A stretch of 35,042 nucleotides of DNA from Octopus bimaculoides (lineage: Eukaryota), in the NCBI RefSeq assembly GCF_001194135.2, contig NC_068982.1:9513560-9548601 (forward strand). The letters run 5' to 3'. Both the position numbers and the translations under genes were made by a program. The notes below the pieces were generated by a model that saw only the letters and a program-made list of their open reading frames with translations, searched no databases and was not told the origin of the DNA. The stretch's first letter is position 1, and every line of letters begins with the position of its first letter. Positions 1 through 10,590 of the stretch are shown here, one piece after another.

Positions 1-16
1 AAAAGTAGATATAAGA

Positions 17-245
17 TTGCCAGGTTTTTGTCTCTCTCACCAAGGTCAGCAGCTATCGAACGCCGACGAAGGGAAATAACCCTGAAATCCGGATCCGTTC
101 GTGCTGCAGATCGTGGTGAGAGGGATAACTTCCCTTGGCAAACAGGACACAGTCGTGTGTCGATAAGCCAGCTGGAGGAGATGTCCTCCTGGGGCTAAAA
201 GCAACAGTAACATCCACCCCTAGGGGTCAGCCACACTTAAGTGGC
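17..245 (+). mobile_element. Structured element carrying the hammerhead; probable Penelope-like terminus or retrozyme-like repeat (may extend beyond window start)
   Basis: Long rod: 17-24/133-141, 31-42/114-125, 44-47/109-112. Downstream hairpins at 146-161, 166-196, 216-227 and 230-245. Family assignment is inferred from the known association of minimal hammerheads with Penelope-like elements. Confidence 0.4.
49..107 (+). ncRNA. Minimal type I hammerhead ribozyme fold (U4C core variant, AUC cleavage triplet, predicted cut after nt 95)
   Basis: Helix I CGAACG(57-62)/CGTTCG(96-101), extended by GCAGC(49-53)/GCTGC(103-107). Core CCGACGA(63-69) versus consensus CUGANGA. Helix II AGGG(70-73)/CCCT(80-83) with loop AAATAA. 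GAAA(84-87). Palindromic helix III ATCCGGAT(87-94). C17 at 95. Confidence 0.72.
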
Positions 246-306
246 AATATACTACACTTTATCGTGCAGTTACTGTTAATACTTCATTTAGAGAATTAAC
301 ATTGCT

Positions 307-330
307 TATATATATATATATATATATATA
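307..330. repeat. (TA)n microsatellite
   Basis: Direct reading. Confidence 0.95.
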
Positions 331-484
331 AACATCTTCCCAAAATATACTTGTTATTCCCACACTAACACAAGCACACTTTCGTATTTTATATTGTACA
401 TTACATATTATACTATTTATTAATTTGTGTAATGTCTTTAATTACTGATACGTTTTCCATTAGCTTTTATCTTTTAACTTTTAT

Positions 485-582
485 TTGTTTCAGTCATTAT
501 AATGGGGCACCACCAGGTAAAATTTTTAGTCGAATGAATCGGCTTCAGTACCTGTTATCTTTTAAGCCTGGTAGTTATTCTT
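485..582 (-). mobile_element. Decayed 3' fragment of SINE family B
   Basis: TTTCAGTCATT...GCACCACC...TTTAGTCGAATGAATCG...AAGCCTGGTAGTTATTC matches the tail of the copy at 5997-6433. Confidence 0.45.
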
Positions 583-1137
583 ATTCTACATCATTTTGAG
601 GCCGTAACACCGGTTTACCGGTGGATGGCTTATTTTCCTCTATACCGTAGCACCGCTCTACCTGTGCAGTGCATCTGGAAGCCAGGTGTATGATCAAATA
701 AGATTCAGGAGGTCCAAACTCAAAGGGTTAATGTTACTGCTGTTCATTTTAAAACATTGTGGTCTGTGCACGTAGAACCTGCTAAAGAGGGAGCACAGGT
801 GATACTTTATTCGTTAAAATATAAGCATTAATAAATAGGAAATTATTAAACCTACAATCTACAACTTCTAACTCTTTGCTAATTCATAACCAGTATTAGA
901 AGGTAAGTTGCTAAATTATAGTAATCAATATTACGTCGGGAAACAATTATTCCACTCTAAACACGATAGGTAAAAATTTTATGTATAACACTTCAACTAA
1001 CTTAATCAACCCCACAAAAAACCATTATACGCAACTTCAGTAAATATATGCTAGATACGATCACAACCAGATTCAAACCTGCTTCTGATTAATCTTATGG
1101 AACAAAACTTAGTATTGTATACATAAACAGAAATATT

Positions 1138-1349
1138 GTTTTCTACTCTAGGCACAAGGCGCGAAATTTTGTGGGAGGGGGCCAGTCGATTAGATCAACC
1201 CCAGTGCAACTGGTACTTAATATATCGACCCCGAAAGGATGAAGGACAAAGTCGACCTCGGCGGAATTTGAACTCAGAACGTAAAGACAGACGAAATACT
1301 GCTAAGCATTTCGCCCGGCGCACTAACGTTTCTGCCAGTTCGCCGCCTT
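1138..1349 (-). mobile_element. tRNA-derived SINE family A, full length, with 16-bp TSD
   Basis: Minus-strand head AAGGCGGCGAACTGGCAGAAACG and B-box GAGTTCAAATTCC. Body resembles GCCTTTCATCCTTTCGGGGTCGAT. TSD CATAAAC(A/G)GAAATATT at 1122-1137 and 1350-1365. Confidence 0.9.
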
Positions 1350-1365
1350 CATAAACGGAAATATT

Positions 1366-1490
1366 ATTTTCTACTCTAGGCACAAGGCCCGAAATTTTGG
1401 GGGAGGGGGCCAGTCGATTATATCGACCTCAGTACGCAACTGGTACTTAATTTAGCGAACCGGAAAGGCAAAGTCGACCTCGGCGGAATT
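1366..1490 (-). mobile_element. SINE family A, 5'-truncated copy, tandem to the previous one
   Basis: High similarity to 1138-1270; ends at the B-box region. Confidence 0.88.
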
Positions 1491-1521
1491 CTAAATATTA
1501 GGACATTCTAAATATTAGGAC
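1488..1521. repeat. Perfect 17-bp tandem duplication ATTCTAAATATTAGGAC x2 at the SINE truncation point
   Basis: 1488-1504 = 1505-1521. Confidence 0.9.
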
Positions 1522-1572
1522 GCTATAAGAATACTGAAATTCGTCTAGCTGGCTTGAAATATTTTCGATTAT

Positions 1573-2340
1573 GATTCCAGAAAAGTAATGAAGTCCATCG
1601 CCAAACATTTTAGGTGTCAAGTTTGAACGATTACATTCGATACAAGACGTATGCATAGAAGGTAGGATAATTCATGTCTGCAATGAGATACGAAAACCGC
1701 TTAATCCATGCGTTTACGTGAAAAAGTTAAATATTCTCATGAACATGGCAAGCTTTCGTTTTTCTCTGATGAGATAACTTCGAGAGAGACCAGAAGCCTA
1801 AGAGAAGAAATGATAGGTGGCTATGTGCAGATCTTTCTAATGACCTCAGAAAGGTGCATAATTCGTTTAAAGCAGCCATAACTGTTTTAGGAGTGGTAAG
1901 TAAGGCATGGCATGTCACGCCACCTCACCTTTTCCCACAAGGTCTTAGAATTAATAGTGTTGGATACATTGAAGTGCTCTGACAGTGGTAAGTCCTGGAA
2001 GGATAACGTATATAATAGATGGCCATACGTGTTTCAACAAGATTCAACATCTTTTCGCAAAATCCATGTAACACATGCATGACGTCAGACAACATTTACG
2101 ACCAAATAACACCAAGCTCGTGGCCTCCAAAATCACCAGATTTAAATTCCACGGATTACTACATCTGGAGGGAGCGTTGTTGAAAGAGAGACTAACCGAC
2201 ATCATGACAATACCACAGTTTCACTAAAGCCGCTGTTGTTCGGGTGATGCCCGAAATGAAGAGCGATCATTAAGTGAACGCATGTCAATGCATCTGGTCT
2301 CACATTTAAGCAGTCATCGAAGCTGAAGCTGATTCGTAGA
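1573..2340 (+). pseudogene. Fossil Tc1/mariner transposase, DD37D (maT)-type, with frameshifts and stops
   Basis: Manual translation: FFSDE(1759-1773), RRNDRWLCAD, TVLGVVS, PPHLFPQGLRIN, VFQQDS(D at 2041), WPPKSPDLNSTDYYIW(D at 2154), AVIEAEA. Second-to-third Asp spacing is 113 nt, versus 114 expected for D37D. Confidence 0.85.
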
Positions 2341-2646
2341 ACGGTCTTCTAAGAAGCTTATCGAAAAAACGATCACAATTTTTTTATTGAAATACATTTA
2401 GTTATTGCTAGATTAGAGTTGCTTTATTCAATTACCAAATATGTTCTTATTTAGTCATCCTACACTGCATAAATAGTAAAACAGGGAGAGATATAGACAA
2501 AAGCCGACACAATTTTTGCATTAGGTTTTCACAGATGTGAGAAAACGAGATCACTAAGATGCTGCTTGTCTATATATTCATGTATATATATATACGAGAG
2601 TGTGTGTGTGAGTGTGTGAACGTATCCTCACATGTACGCTTATATA

Positions 2647-2955
2647 CAGGGTGATTCAAAAGTCTCCGTACATAGGAAAAATTCTATCTTTGGGAGAATT
2701 TGAAAGGCATGGCGCATCGCGAAAAGATAAAAGACATAAATCATTTGAAGGAACGCATCACCAACTCATTTGCACACGTATCACCAGATGTGCAATTACA
2801 AGTTCACAATGAGTGTGGTAAACGTATTGCAATGTTCATTCAAAACAATGGTAACCATAGAGAGCCTGTTAAATAAAAACAGAAACTGTTCTTATAAACT
2901 GTTTTTTATAAAAAGATAAATTGTTCCTATGTATAGAGACTTTTCATTCACCCTG
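2647..2955 (+). mobile_element. Non-autonomous Tc1/mariner deletion derivative (MITE-like) retaining the transposase C-terminus (possibly DD41D-like)
   Basis: About 31-bp TIRs, CAGGGTGATTCAAAAGTCTCCGTACATAGGA and rc CAGGGTGAATGAAAAGTCTCTATACATAGGA. TA on both sides (2645-46, 2956-57). Internal frame FYLWENLKGMAHREKIKDINHLKERITN...RIAMFIQNNGNH*. Confidence 0.85.
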
Positions 2956-2957
2956 TA

Positions 2958-3239
2958 TATGTGTGTATGTATGCATGCATGCATGTATGTATTCATATAT
3001 GTATGTATGCGTGTATGTATGTATGCATGCATCTATGTACGTTTGTATGCCTAGGACTATATGAATATATGAAATGTTTGAGCCGACTGCTCAAAAGATG
3101 GTTTCAAAGCGTTGAGAATTCATTTTGTGCATCATTCAGTCTACTACTCATTAAGTTAATTCTCCCAATTTATACATAGGTTCCCTTCCTTTGAGTTATG
3201 TCTGTAAGACACCTATAAATATATCTAGATTATGTGTGC

Positions 3240-3283
<44 letters not shown>

Positions 3284-3411
3284 GCATATATATGTGTGTG
3301 TGTTTCTGTCTGTCAATATGCATACATAAAATTTTTACTTGCGAATGTGATAGCACGTGTGTGTGTATATATATATATTTATATGTGCGTGAGTGTGCGT
3401 GTGCGTGTGTG

Positions 3412-3446
<35 letters not shown>

Positions 3447-3519
3447 TTGTATAGACATACATATACATTCACATGGACATATACAGGTATGCATATATGT
3501 ATGTATGTATGTATGTGTG

Positions 3520-3550
<31 letters not shown>

Positions 3551-3560
3551 TGTATGTATG
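2958..3560. repeat. Compound (TATG)n/(TA)n/(TG)n microsatellite region
   Basis: Direct reading. Confidence 0.9.
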
Positions 3561-4979
3561 TGAATGCGAAATAGCAGAGAGCAAGTTTGAAATTGAAGAA
3601 AGATAAATATTCTGTTAATATATTTGAGAAATTTTCTGTATGATTAGTTCTTTTAATTTAAAATATACCCGCTTGATCCTAGCAGTAATTGAAATCTATG
3701 AAAAAACCTTTACTTTTGTAAATAAAATAAAGATTATTTTAATAAAATCTGCCATACATTTCAATATATCTCGACAAGGTTTTCATCATATATTATTTTT
3801 CAATTTCAGTTTCAATTATAAACGCTTGTATTTAGGGAAATCTTTTACTTTCAATGATCTGCACGAAAAGAAAGAAAAGAAGAAAAGAAAAGAAACTCGT
3901 AGAACCGTTATTAAATGAAAACATATTTCGTTATTTTTAACTGTAGCTCACTTTCACGAATGGCAACTTTCCCAAGGATTTTTTTCCGCTTGGATTATTA
4001 TAAATTTATTGACAAGAGATATCTATCAAGCAAGATACGGTTTCTACCTTGGCATAGCTCAATTTTTTAATAAATCTGTTGGGAAAATGCATGCATATGC
4101 TAACGTATGTTTGGTTATTGAATCCTGTGATGAACGTCATCCCTTGTGGATCCTTAAATGATTGTATTTCCTTACTTCTTATCCCATCGACTTATAAGCA
4201 GAGTCTTTCATTCTTTTGGAGATGATAAAAATACCAAACTAGGGCATTGGATTGGTAGAATAACCAAAACGTCAAATGAGACTCCTTGCGGAATCGCGTC
4301 CCGACTCTTTGCTTTCTTACAATGCCACCAAAACCACTGATGCAAGGATCTATCAGTCCTCAAGCCGATGTATTCCACGTGTAAAAACATCGGTAGCATG
4401 AATATTTGACTCGTACAAAAGTGACACTCAGTTTTCCACAAAATAGCTTGTCTCGGCTTGCAAAAGCAGCAGATAAATGTTGAATAGAGAACGAGTGAGG
4501 CCTCTAGATTTCCTTTTAATCCTGGTAGAATTGATGCATATCTTTCTTCTCCATTGCAAAGTCTGAATTATATAGAGCGACCTTCCACTTCAGAGTCAGA
4601 AAATAGTCGAGGGCCTAGTAAGTAGTAAGCCTCTACGAAGCTCACGTGAGATCCACCGTAGACTGATGCTCCTATATGCCTTACTTACCACTCCTAAAAA
4701 CAAAAGATTATGCGTCTGCTTCCTGGCTCTCAGATTTGCAAGCACCTTTTTCCCCTCCCTTATTTATCGTTACCAAAATAAACAGTAACCTCTGCTTCTT
4801 GGTTCTGACTGTTTTGCGACACTTTAACTAAGGAATTTCACACTTACTTCGCTAACCCCGCTCCTCCTGATATTCATGTTATGTCATACGTAACCCGTTT
4901 AGGTGACACAGATCCACGCAAGGCTCGAGACGGAAGATCTCTCCAGTGTCTGCCTTCCTGAAGAACAATTAGGAAGGTG

Positions 4980-5161
4980 TGTATGTATGAATGTATGTAC
5001 GTATATATGTACGTATCTCTCTCTCTCTCTCTCTCTCTCTCTNNNNNNNNNNNNNNNNNNNNNNNNNNNNNNNNNNNNNNNNNNNNNNNNNNNNNNNNNN
5101 NNNNNNNNNNNNNNNNNNNNNNNNNNNNNNNNNNNNNNNNNNNNNNNNNNNNNNNNNNNNN

Positions 5162-5197
<36 letters not shown>

Positions 5198-5230
5198 CAC
5201 ATATATGCATACATACATACATACATACAT
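4980..5230. repeat. (TATG)/(CT)n - gap - (TA)n/(CATA)n microsatellites; N-gap 5043-5161
   Basis: Direct reading. Confidence 0.9.
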
Positions 5231-5649
5231 ATTTACTGTCATGCAAAACCATGTAAAAAGAGAAGTTCGGCGCGCAGAACGGGTGAATCTCGTCTGCTTA
5301 CGATTTAAGTGTGTACTTATATGTACCAAGCTTATACACATATATATATTGTGAGTGTACCTTTACAGGTGACAAAGACATGCGAAGCTTTCCACTAAAC
5401 CATAATGTAATCGGTTCAGTCTACGAATTATTAAATCAAATTAGAGGAAATTTACATGTTACTATCGTCCGAGGTTACCGAGAGGTTCAATGTAGATTAA
5501 GGCCTCTAAACACATGCATTTATGTACCAATGTGAGTATTTCTGCAAGCTGGGGTTTATGTAGGCACTAAATATACATAGTCCTACTAATGTACGTAGAC
5601 CCAATAAATAAGACAATGTACATTAGACACCTGGTCAAATGCAGTGAGG

Positions 5650-5848
5650 TGGCAAAATAATTAGAATTTCGAAAAAGTGTTTTGTGATTCTTCATGTTCT
5701 GAGATCAATTTCCGCTGAGTTCATCCTTGCCTTTCATGGATTCAAATTCGATAAAATATAGTACCGGTCAAGTATTGGTGTCGATGGTATCGGCTAACCC
5801 CACCTCCCATCCCACAATACTCTTGGACTCATTCGTAAATTAGAAACC
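5650..5848 (+). mobile_element. Old, diverged SINE family A copy
   Basis: ATGTTCTGAGATCAATTTCCGCTGAG...TTGCCTTTCAT...TTCGATAAAATATAGTACCGGT...GGTGTCGATGGTATCGGCTAACCCC...AAATTAGAAACC. Confidence 0.6.
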
Positions 5849-5996
5849 ATTCCCTAGATATTATTTGTTACGTGTGAGTGTGTATGTGTAAGCTAGCATG
5901 TGTACCCTTCCGTGTGCGATCATACGCTGTGCACCCAGCGCTTCCATGTCTGTAGTAGCATGAGAGCAACTACACATGCATGGGTAGGTGTGCGCA

Positions 5997-6208
5997 TACT
6001 CTTTTACTCTTTTATATGTTTCAGTCATTTGACTGTGACCATGCTGGAGCACCGCCTTTAGTCGAGCAAATCGACCCCAGGTCTTATTTGTTGTAAGCCT
6101 AGTACTTATTCTATCGGTCTCTTTTGCGGAGCTGCTAGGTTACGGAGACGTAACCACACCAGATTCGGTTGTCAAGCGATGTTGGGGGAGACAAACACAG
6201 ACACACAA

Positions 6209-6251
<43 letters not shown>

Positions 6252-6433
6252 TAAATATATACATATATACGACGGGCTTGTTTCAGTTTCCGTCTACCAA
6301 ATCCACTCACAAGGCTTTGGTCGGACTGAGGCTATAGTAGAAGACACTTGCTTAAGATGCCACGCAATGGGACTGAACCCGGAGCCATGCGGGTCGTAAG
6401 CAAGCTACTTACCACACAGCCATTCCTGCGCCT
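5997..6433 (-). mobile_element. tRNA-derived SINE family B (CORE-like), full length with internal (TG)n
   Basis: Minus-strand head AGGCGCAGGAATGGCTGTGTGGTAAG, B-box GGTTCAGTCCC and CORE-like CTTAAGCAAGTGTCTTCTACTATAGCC. Internal microsatellite. Tail ends GAAACATATAAAAGAGTAAAAGAGTA. Confidence 0.88.
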
Positions 6434-7636
6434 ATTGTTTGTGTGAATGCCATCACATTCTGTATAGTTGTTTTCCGTCATAAATGTCATTGACTTCCAT
6501 ATTACCTTTGCTTGACATCTGTTCTGCTAAAATTAACAATCAAATTCTTCTAAATGGTTGACACATTACATTATATCGAATTTCCATTACTGTTCCCTCG
6601 GGTCTACGTCCTTTGATTCTCTCTCCTCCCGAATTACTACTACTTTCTTTTAGTCTACCCTATTTTAGATCAAGGTTTTGGTGGGGGGGGGAGGCGTCAC
6701 CTAAAAACACATTGTCCTTCAAAGATCGATCGCAGAGGAAATCGCTATGGTTACGTCTGCCATACGTTGTATAACGTACAAATTATTGCATGGACCCGCA
6801 GTAGTAAATTTCCTTGATAAATGTGTGTGTAAGTGTATGTGACTATATATGCATCTATTGAAACCCCTTATTAAGAGGAAATATGAATGGGAAGCGGTCC
6901 CTTGTCTAAGACAGCAACAAATCATAGAATCAGTTGCGAAAGAATTTTTAATTATAATCTCCTTCAGCTTGGCTCACATAAATTGATTTATTTATTTCTT
7001 TAAAACAATATATATTTCTCTGCGTTATTTTGTCTACAAGCTGAAATATATTTTTTATTTTATCTTTTGTGAAGATCAGTTGTAGTTAGAATGCATTTAA
7101 TGATATTTGAATTGACAAGATGAAATATAATTGTAAAAGAAAAAGTGATTGTAATTTGTCTGATGTGTCTGCCATGTAATATTTTGTCATATACAAAGAA
7201 ACTTTCTTCATTTCTGTCTCATTTTGTGGACTGTATTGGTAAATCTGGCATTCTTGATAGCCAAAATAACAGAGGTGCATGACTGAGTTGATAATTGCAT
7301 TAAAATAAGTTATTTCCAATGTTATTACTAGGAGTTAGGCTGAGCTGCTTTACAATATATTGGCAATCCAACTCGCATAAGTTACATGTTAAGTTAATGA
7401 GGTCAGTTGAGCTAACTTGGTCGGTTAAGTTAATCTTCAATCCGAAATAACATAATGAATGTATCTGTTTATGGATAAAAACAAAGAAAATTTATATTCT
7501 TATAAATACTATTGGTTAAGCTTAATTTATATATTTTGATGTGTAAAGTCATAAGGCAATATGAAAGCTTCTCTCGTGGTAGCTATCGCCGTATTGTGTG
7601 TTCTAAACAACATCCACTTTTAAGTAATTTATACAC

Positions 7637-7800
7637 GAGTGGCTATGTGGTAAGTAGCTTGCTTACCAACCATATTGTTCCGGGTTCATTCCCACTGCGT
7701 GGCACCTTGGGAAAGTGTCTTATACTATAACCACGGGCCGACCAAAGCCTTGTGAGTGGATTTGGTAGAGGGAAACTGAAAGAAGCCCGTCGTATATATG
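7637..7800 (+). mobile_element. SINE family B, 5' half (runs into (TA)n and gap 7845-8408)
   Basis: GTGGCTATGTGGTAAG...GGGTTCATTCCC...CCTTGGGAAAGTGTCTT...GATTTGGTAGAGGGAAACTGAAAGAAGCCCGTCG. Confidence 0.88.
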
Positions 7801-7802
7801 TG

Positions 7803-7844
<42 letters not shown>

Positions 7845-8516
7845 NNNNNNNNNNNNNNNNNNNNNNNNNNNNNNNNNNNNNNNNNNNNNNNNNNNNNNNN
7901 NNNNNNNNNNNNNNNNNNNNNNNNNNNNNNNNNNNNNNNNNNNNNNNNNNNNNNNNNNNNNNNNNNNNNNNNNNNNNNNNNNNNNNNNNNNNNNNNNNNN
8001 NNNNNNNNNNNNNNNNNNNNNNNNNNNNNNNNNNNNNNNNNNNNNNNNNNNNNNNNNNNNNNNNNNNNNNNNNNNNNNNNNNNNNNNNNNNNNNNNNNNN
8101 NNNNNNNNNNNNNNNNNNNNNNNNNNNNNNNNNNNNNNNNNNNNNNNNNNNNNNNNNNNNNNNNNNNNNNNNNNNNNNNNNNNNNNNNNNNNNNNNNNNN
8201 NNNNNNNNNNNNNNNNNNNNNNNNNNNNNNNNNNNNNNNNNNNNNNNNNNNNNNNNNNNNNNNNNNNNNNNNNNNNNNNNNNNNNNNNNNNNNNNNNNNN
8301 NNNNNNNNNNNNNNNNNNNNNNNNNNNNNNNNNNNNNNNNNNNNNNNNNNNNNNNNNNNNNNNNNNNNNNNNNNNNNNNNNNNNNNNNNNNNNNNNNNNN
8401 NNNNNNNNNGATCACCTAGTTTTTGGAATGGTTTTTATATAATACCATACCATACTATATTCTGGTTCCTAAACATAAGTACCATATTCAATTTTTGAAT
8501 CTAAATCTAAACCTTA

Positions 8517-8752
8517 TATATATATGTATGTATGTATGTATGTGTGTGTCTGTGTTTGTCCCCCCCCCCACCAACATCGCTTGACAACCGATAATGGTGT
8601 GTTTACGTCCCCGTAACTTAGCGGTTCGGCAAAAGAGACCGATAGAATAAGTACTAGGCATCCAAAAAATAAGTCCTGGGATCGATTTGCTCGACTAAAG
8701 GCGGTGCTCCAGCATGGCCACAGTCAAATGACTGAAACAAGTAAAAGAGTAA
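8517..8752 (+). mobile_element. SINE family B, 3' half
   Basis: Closely matches the reverse complement of 5997-6200 (CATCGCTTGACAACCG...GGCGGTGCTCCAGCATGG...GTAAAAGAGT). Confidence 0.88.
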
Positions 8753-9431
8753 ACATTGCCATCAAATAATAGGGAAGTGTCTGATTCTTTACTATGCTGG
8801 TTATAGTGAACAACTGGTATCGGAGTATGTTTTAAAATTATTAATATATTAATACAAAACTATTCAAGTGGTTTAAAGTGAGATGGAATTGACAGAAGCA
8901 AAGTGTTATGAAACACTAACGTCTTAAGAGATTAAATATTTATTTAGAATTTTCTCATTGAAAGCTACTTCTCGTGAATTTTTTAATTTTGTGCCGTAAC
9001 CAGCATGTCTTCCTCACGGGAAGACCTCAACATCAAGATTCCATTAATTACAACCTTATTTAACTACGTTTATATGACTTTTGTGGAGCTCACATCTTTC
9101 ATTCGTGAACTATTATCTTCGCTAAATAGTGTTCAGTTACCATCGTTTGGTAATCGATTCTGTCAGTTGAAATTCTGCGTGTTAAGCTTAATGAACCTCT
9201 ATACGAAGTTCATAATCGGTTGCACGATGTAGGGACTATCAATTTCACTTCTTGCACTAAAGTTTCTAGCCTCATTGCCATATGAGGAAATCTCAAACAA
9301 AGATAATCTTTGACTTGCTGTATTCCAATATTTCAAACACCTTTGCGTGTGTAGTTGATCAAGGTCAGAATATCCAATCATTAAGTTTTCAGTTCTTCAA
9401 CCAACTGAAATATGAGGCTCAATGAATCACT

Positions 9432-9530
9432 ATGTAAGTGAGCGGCCGAGTATTCCACAGAAATTTCTAGCCTTCATGTCCTTCTCAGGTAGCATGTGTG
9501 TGACATATTGGGGCAAGGTTTGACTTTTGA
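9432..9530 (-). mobile_element. Decayed SINE family C tail fragment
   Basis: TGTAAGTGAGCGGCCGAGTATTCCACAGA resembles the rc of TCTGTGGAGTGCTCAGCCACTTGCAC. Confidence 0.35.
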
Positions 9531-9629
9531 ATTGCGAATACACCCATCTTACGAGGTTTTGTACAGTTTCCCCCCCATCCGAAATTGAGTAAAAACAAGA
9601 TTCGAGTGCTCTGGAATCTATACAAAATA

Positions 9630-9700
9630 ACATAAGACCAACGCGCTACAATGTGGGATCGAACCCGAAGTCTAGTGGTTGTGAAATAAACTTTTCAAGT
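9630..9700 (-). mobile_element. Decayed SINE head fragment (family B-like)
   Basis: GCTACAATGTGGGATCGAACCCG...TGGTTGTGAAATAAACTT resembles the rc B-box/head. Confidence 0.3.
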
Positions 9701-9784
9701 ATTTTGCCTTATTGTGTCTATAGATGTATGCGAGTTCTTGCATAACACACATACACACACATATTTTTTGCTGTTTGCATCGCC

Positions 9785-9985
9785 AAACCTATATCTATAT
9801 CTGTCTACCTATCTCTCTCTCTCTCTCTCTCTCTCTTTCCTCTCTCTCTCTCTCTCTCTATGTATGTTTGTGCATCTGTATGTCTGTGTTTGTGTGCGCG
9901 TGTGTGTGACTGTATGCGCTTGTGTATGTGTGTAACGTACATGTATATACGTTTTTATATTCACACATGTATGTGTATGTGTGGG
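9785..9985. repeat. (CT)n/(TG)n compound microsatellite
   Basis: Direct reading. Confidence 0.85.
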
Positions 9986-10024
9986 AAAATTATGATTAGG
10001 TTGCTACATTACGTGTAAGATAAT

Positions 10025-10227
10025 CTTTTCTGCTCTAGGCACAAGGCCCGAAATTTTGGAGAAGGCGCCAGTCGATTAGATCGACCACAGTACTTAATTT
10101 ATCGAACCCCGAAAGGATGAAAGGCAAAGTCGACCTCGGCTGAATTTGAACTCAGAACGTAACGGCAGACGAAATACTGCCAAGCATTTCGCCCGGCGTG
10201 CTAACGTGTCTGCTAGCTCGCCGCCTT
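10025..10227 (-). mobile_element. SINE family A, full length, with 17-bp TSD
   Basis: Same head and body as 1138-1349; TSD ATTACGT(G/A)TAAGATAAT at 10008-10024 and 10228-10244. Confidence 0.9.
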
Positions 10228-10439
10228 ATTACGTATAAGATAATGGAATAAGAATGCAAAACAAATAAACTAAGCCGAAACTGTTGGACAGATGTAAGTA
10301 GATTATATTAAATTTGTGCTTATAAACATTTATTTACAAGATAACAGTTATATCACGTATTATTGACATAGCGATAGAGCTTGTCTTGCTCTCTATAATG
10401 TGGATGCATATACAGATGTTCGGTTATAATCACAAACGT

Positions 10440-10590
10440 TCCTACCTTAGGTGAAGGCCTGACATTTTAGAGGAAAGCGTTATTCTATTAAATCGAACAC
10501 GAAACTTGATTGGTACTATAATTTATCGATTTGGGAATTATGAAAACCAATGTTGGCCTCGGTGGGATTTGAACTCCGAAGTTGAAATAT
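10440..10590 (-). mobile_element. Old, diverged SINE family A copy
   Basis: AAGGCCTGACATTTT...TTGGTACTATAATTTATCGA...GGCCTCGGTGGGATTTGAACTC. Confidence 0.5.

Noticed and set aside
174-206. HDV-like ribozyme (CCTCCT...GGCTAA)
   Set aside because: No P1/P2 nested double pseudoknot could be built.
608-623. Perfect hairpin CACCGGT-TT-ACCGGTG (and a similar one at about 20750-20776)
   Set aside because: Short, isolated and with no terminal element context; compatible with chance.
1122-1521. CRISPR-like or regularly spaced repeats
   Set aside because: Repeats are TSDs and SINE copies; no repeat-spacer periodicity or cas genes, and the context is eukaryotic.
1766-1772. CTGATGA hammerhead core
   Set aside because: It is the SDE codons of the transposase; no helices or GAAA partner.
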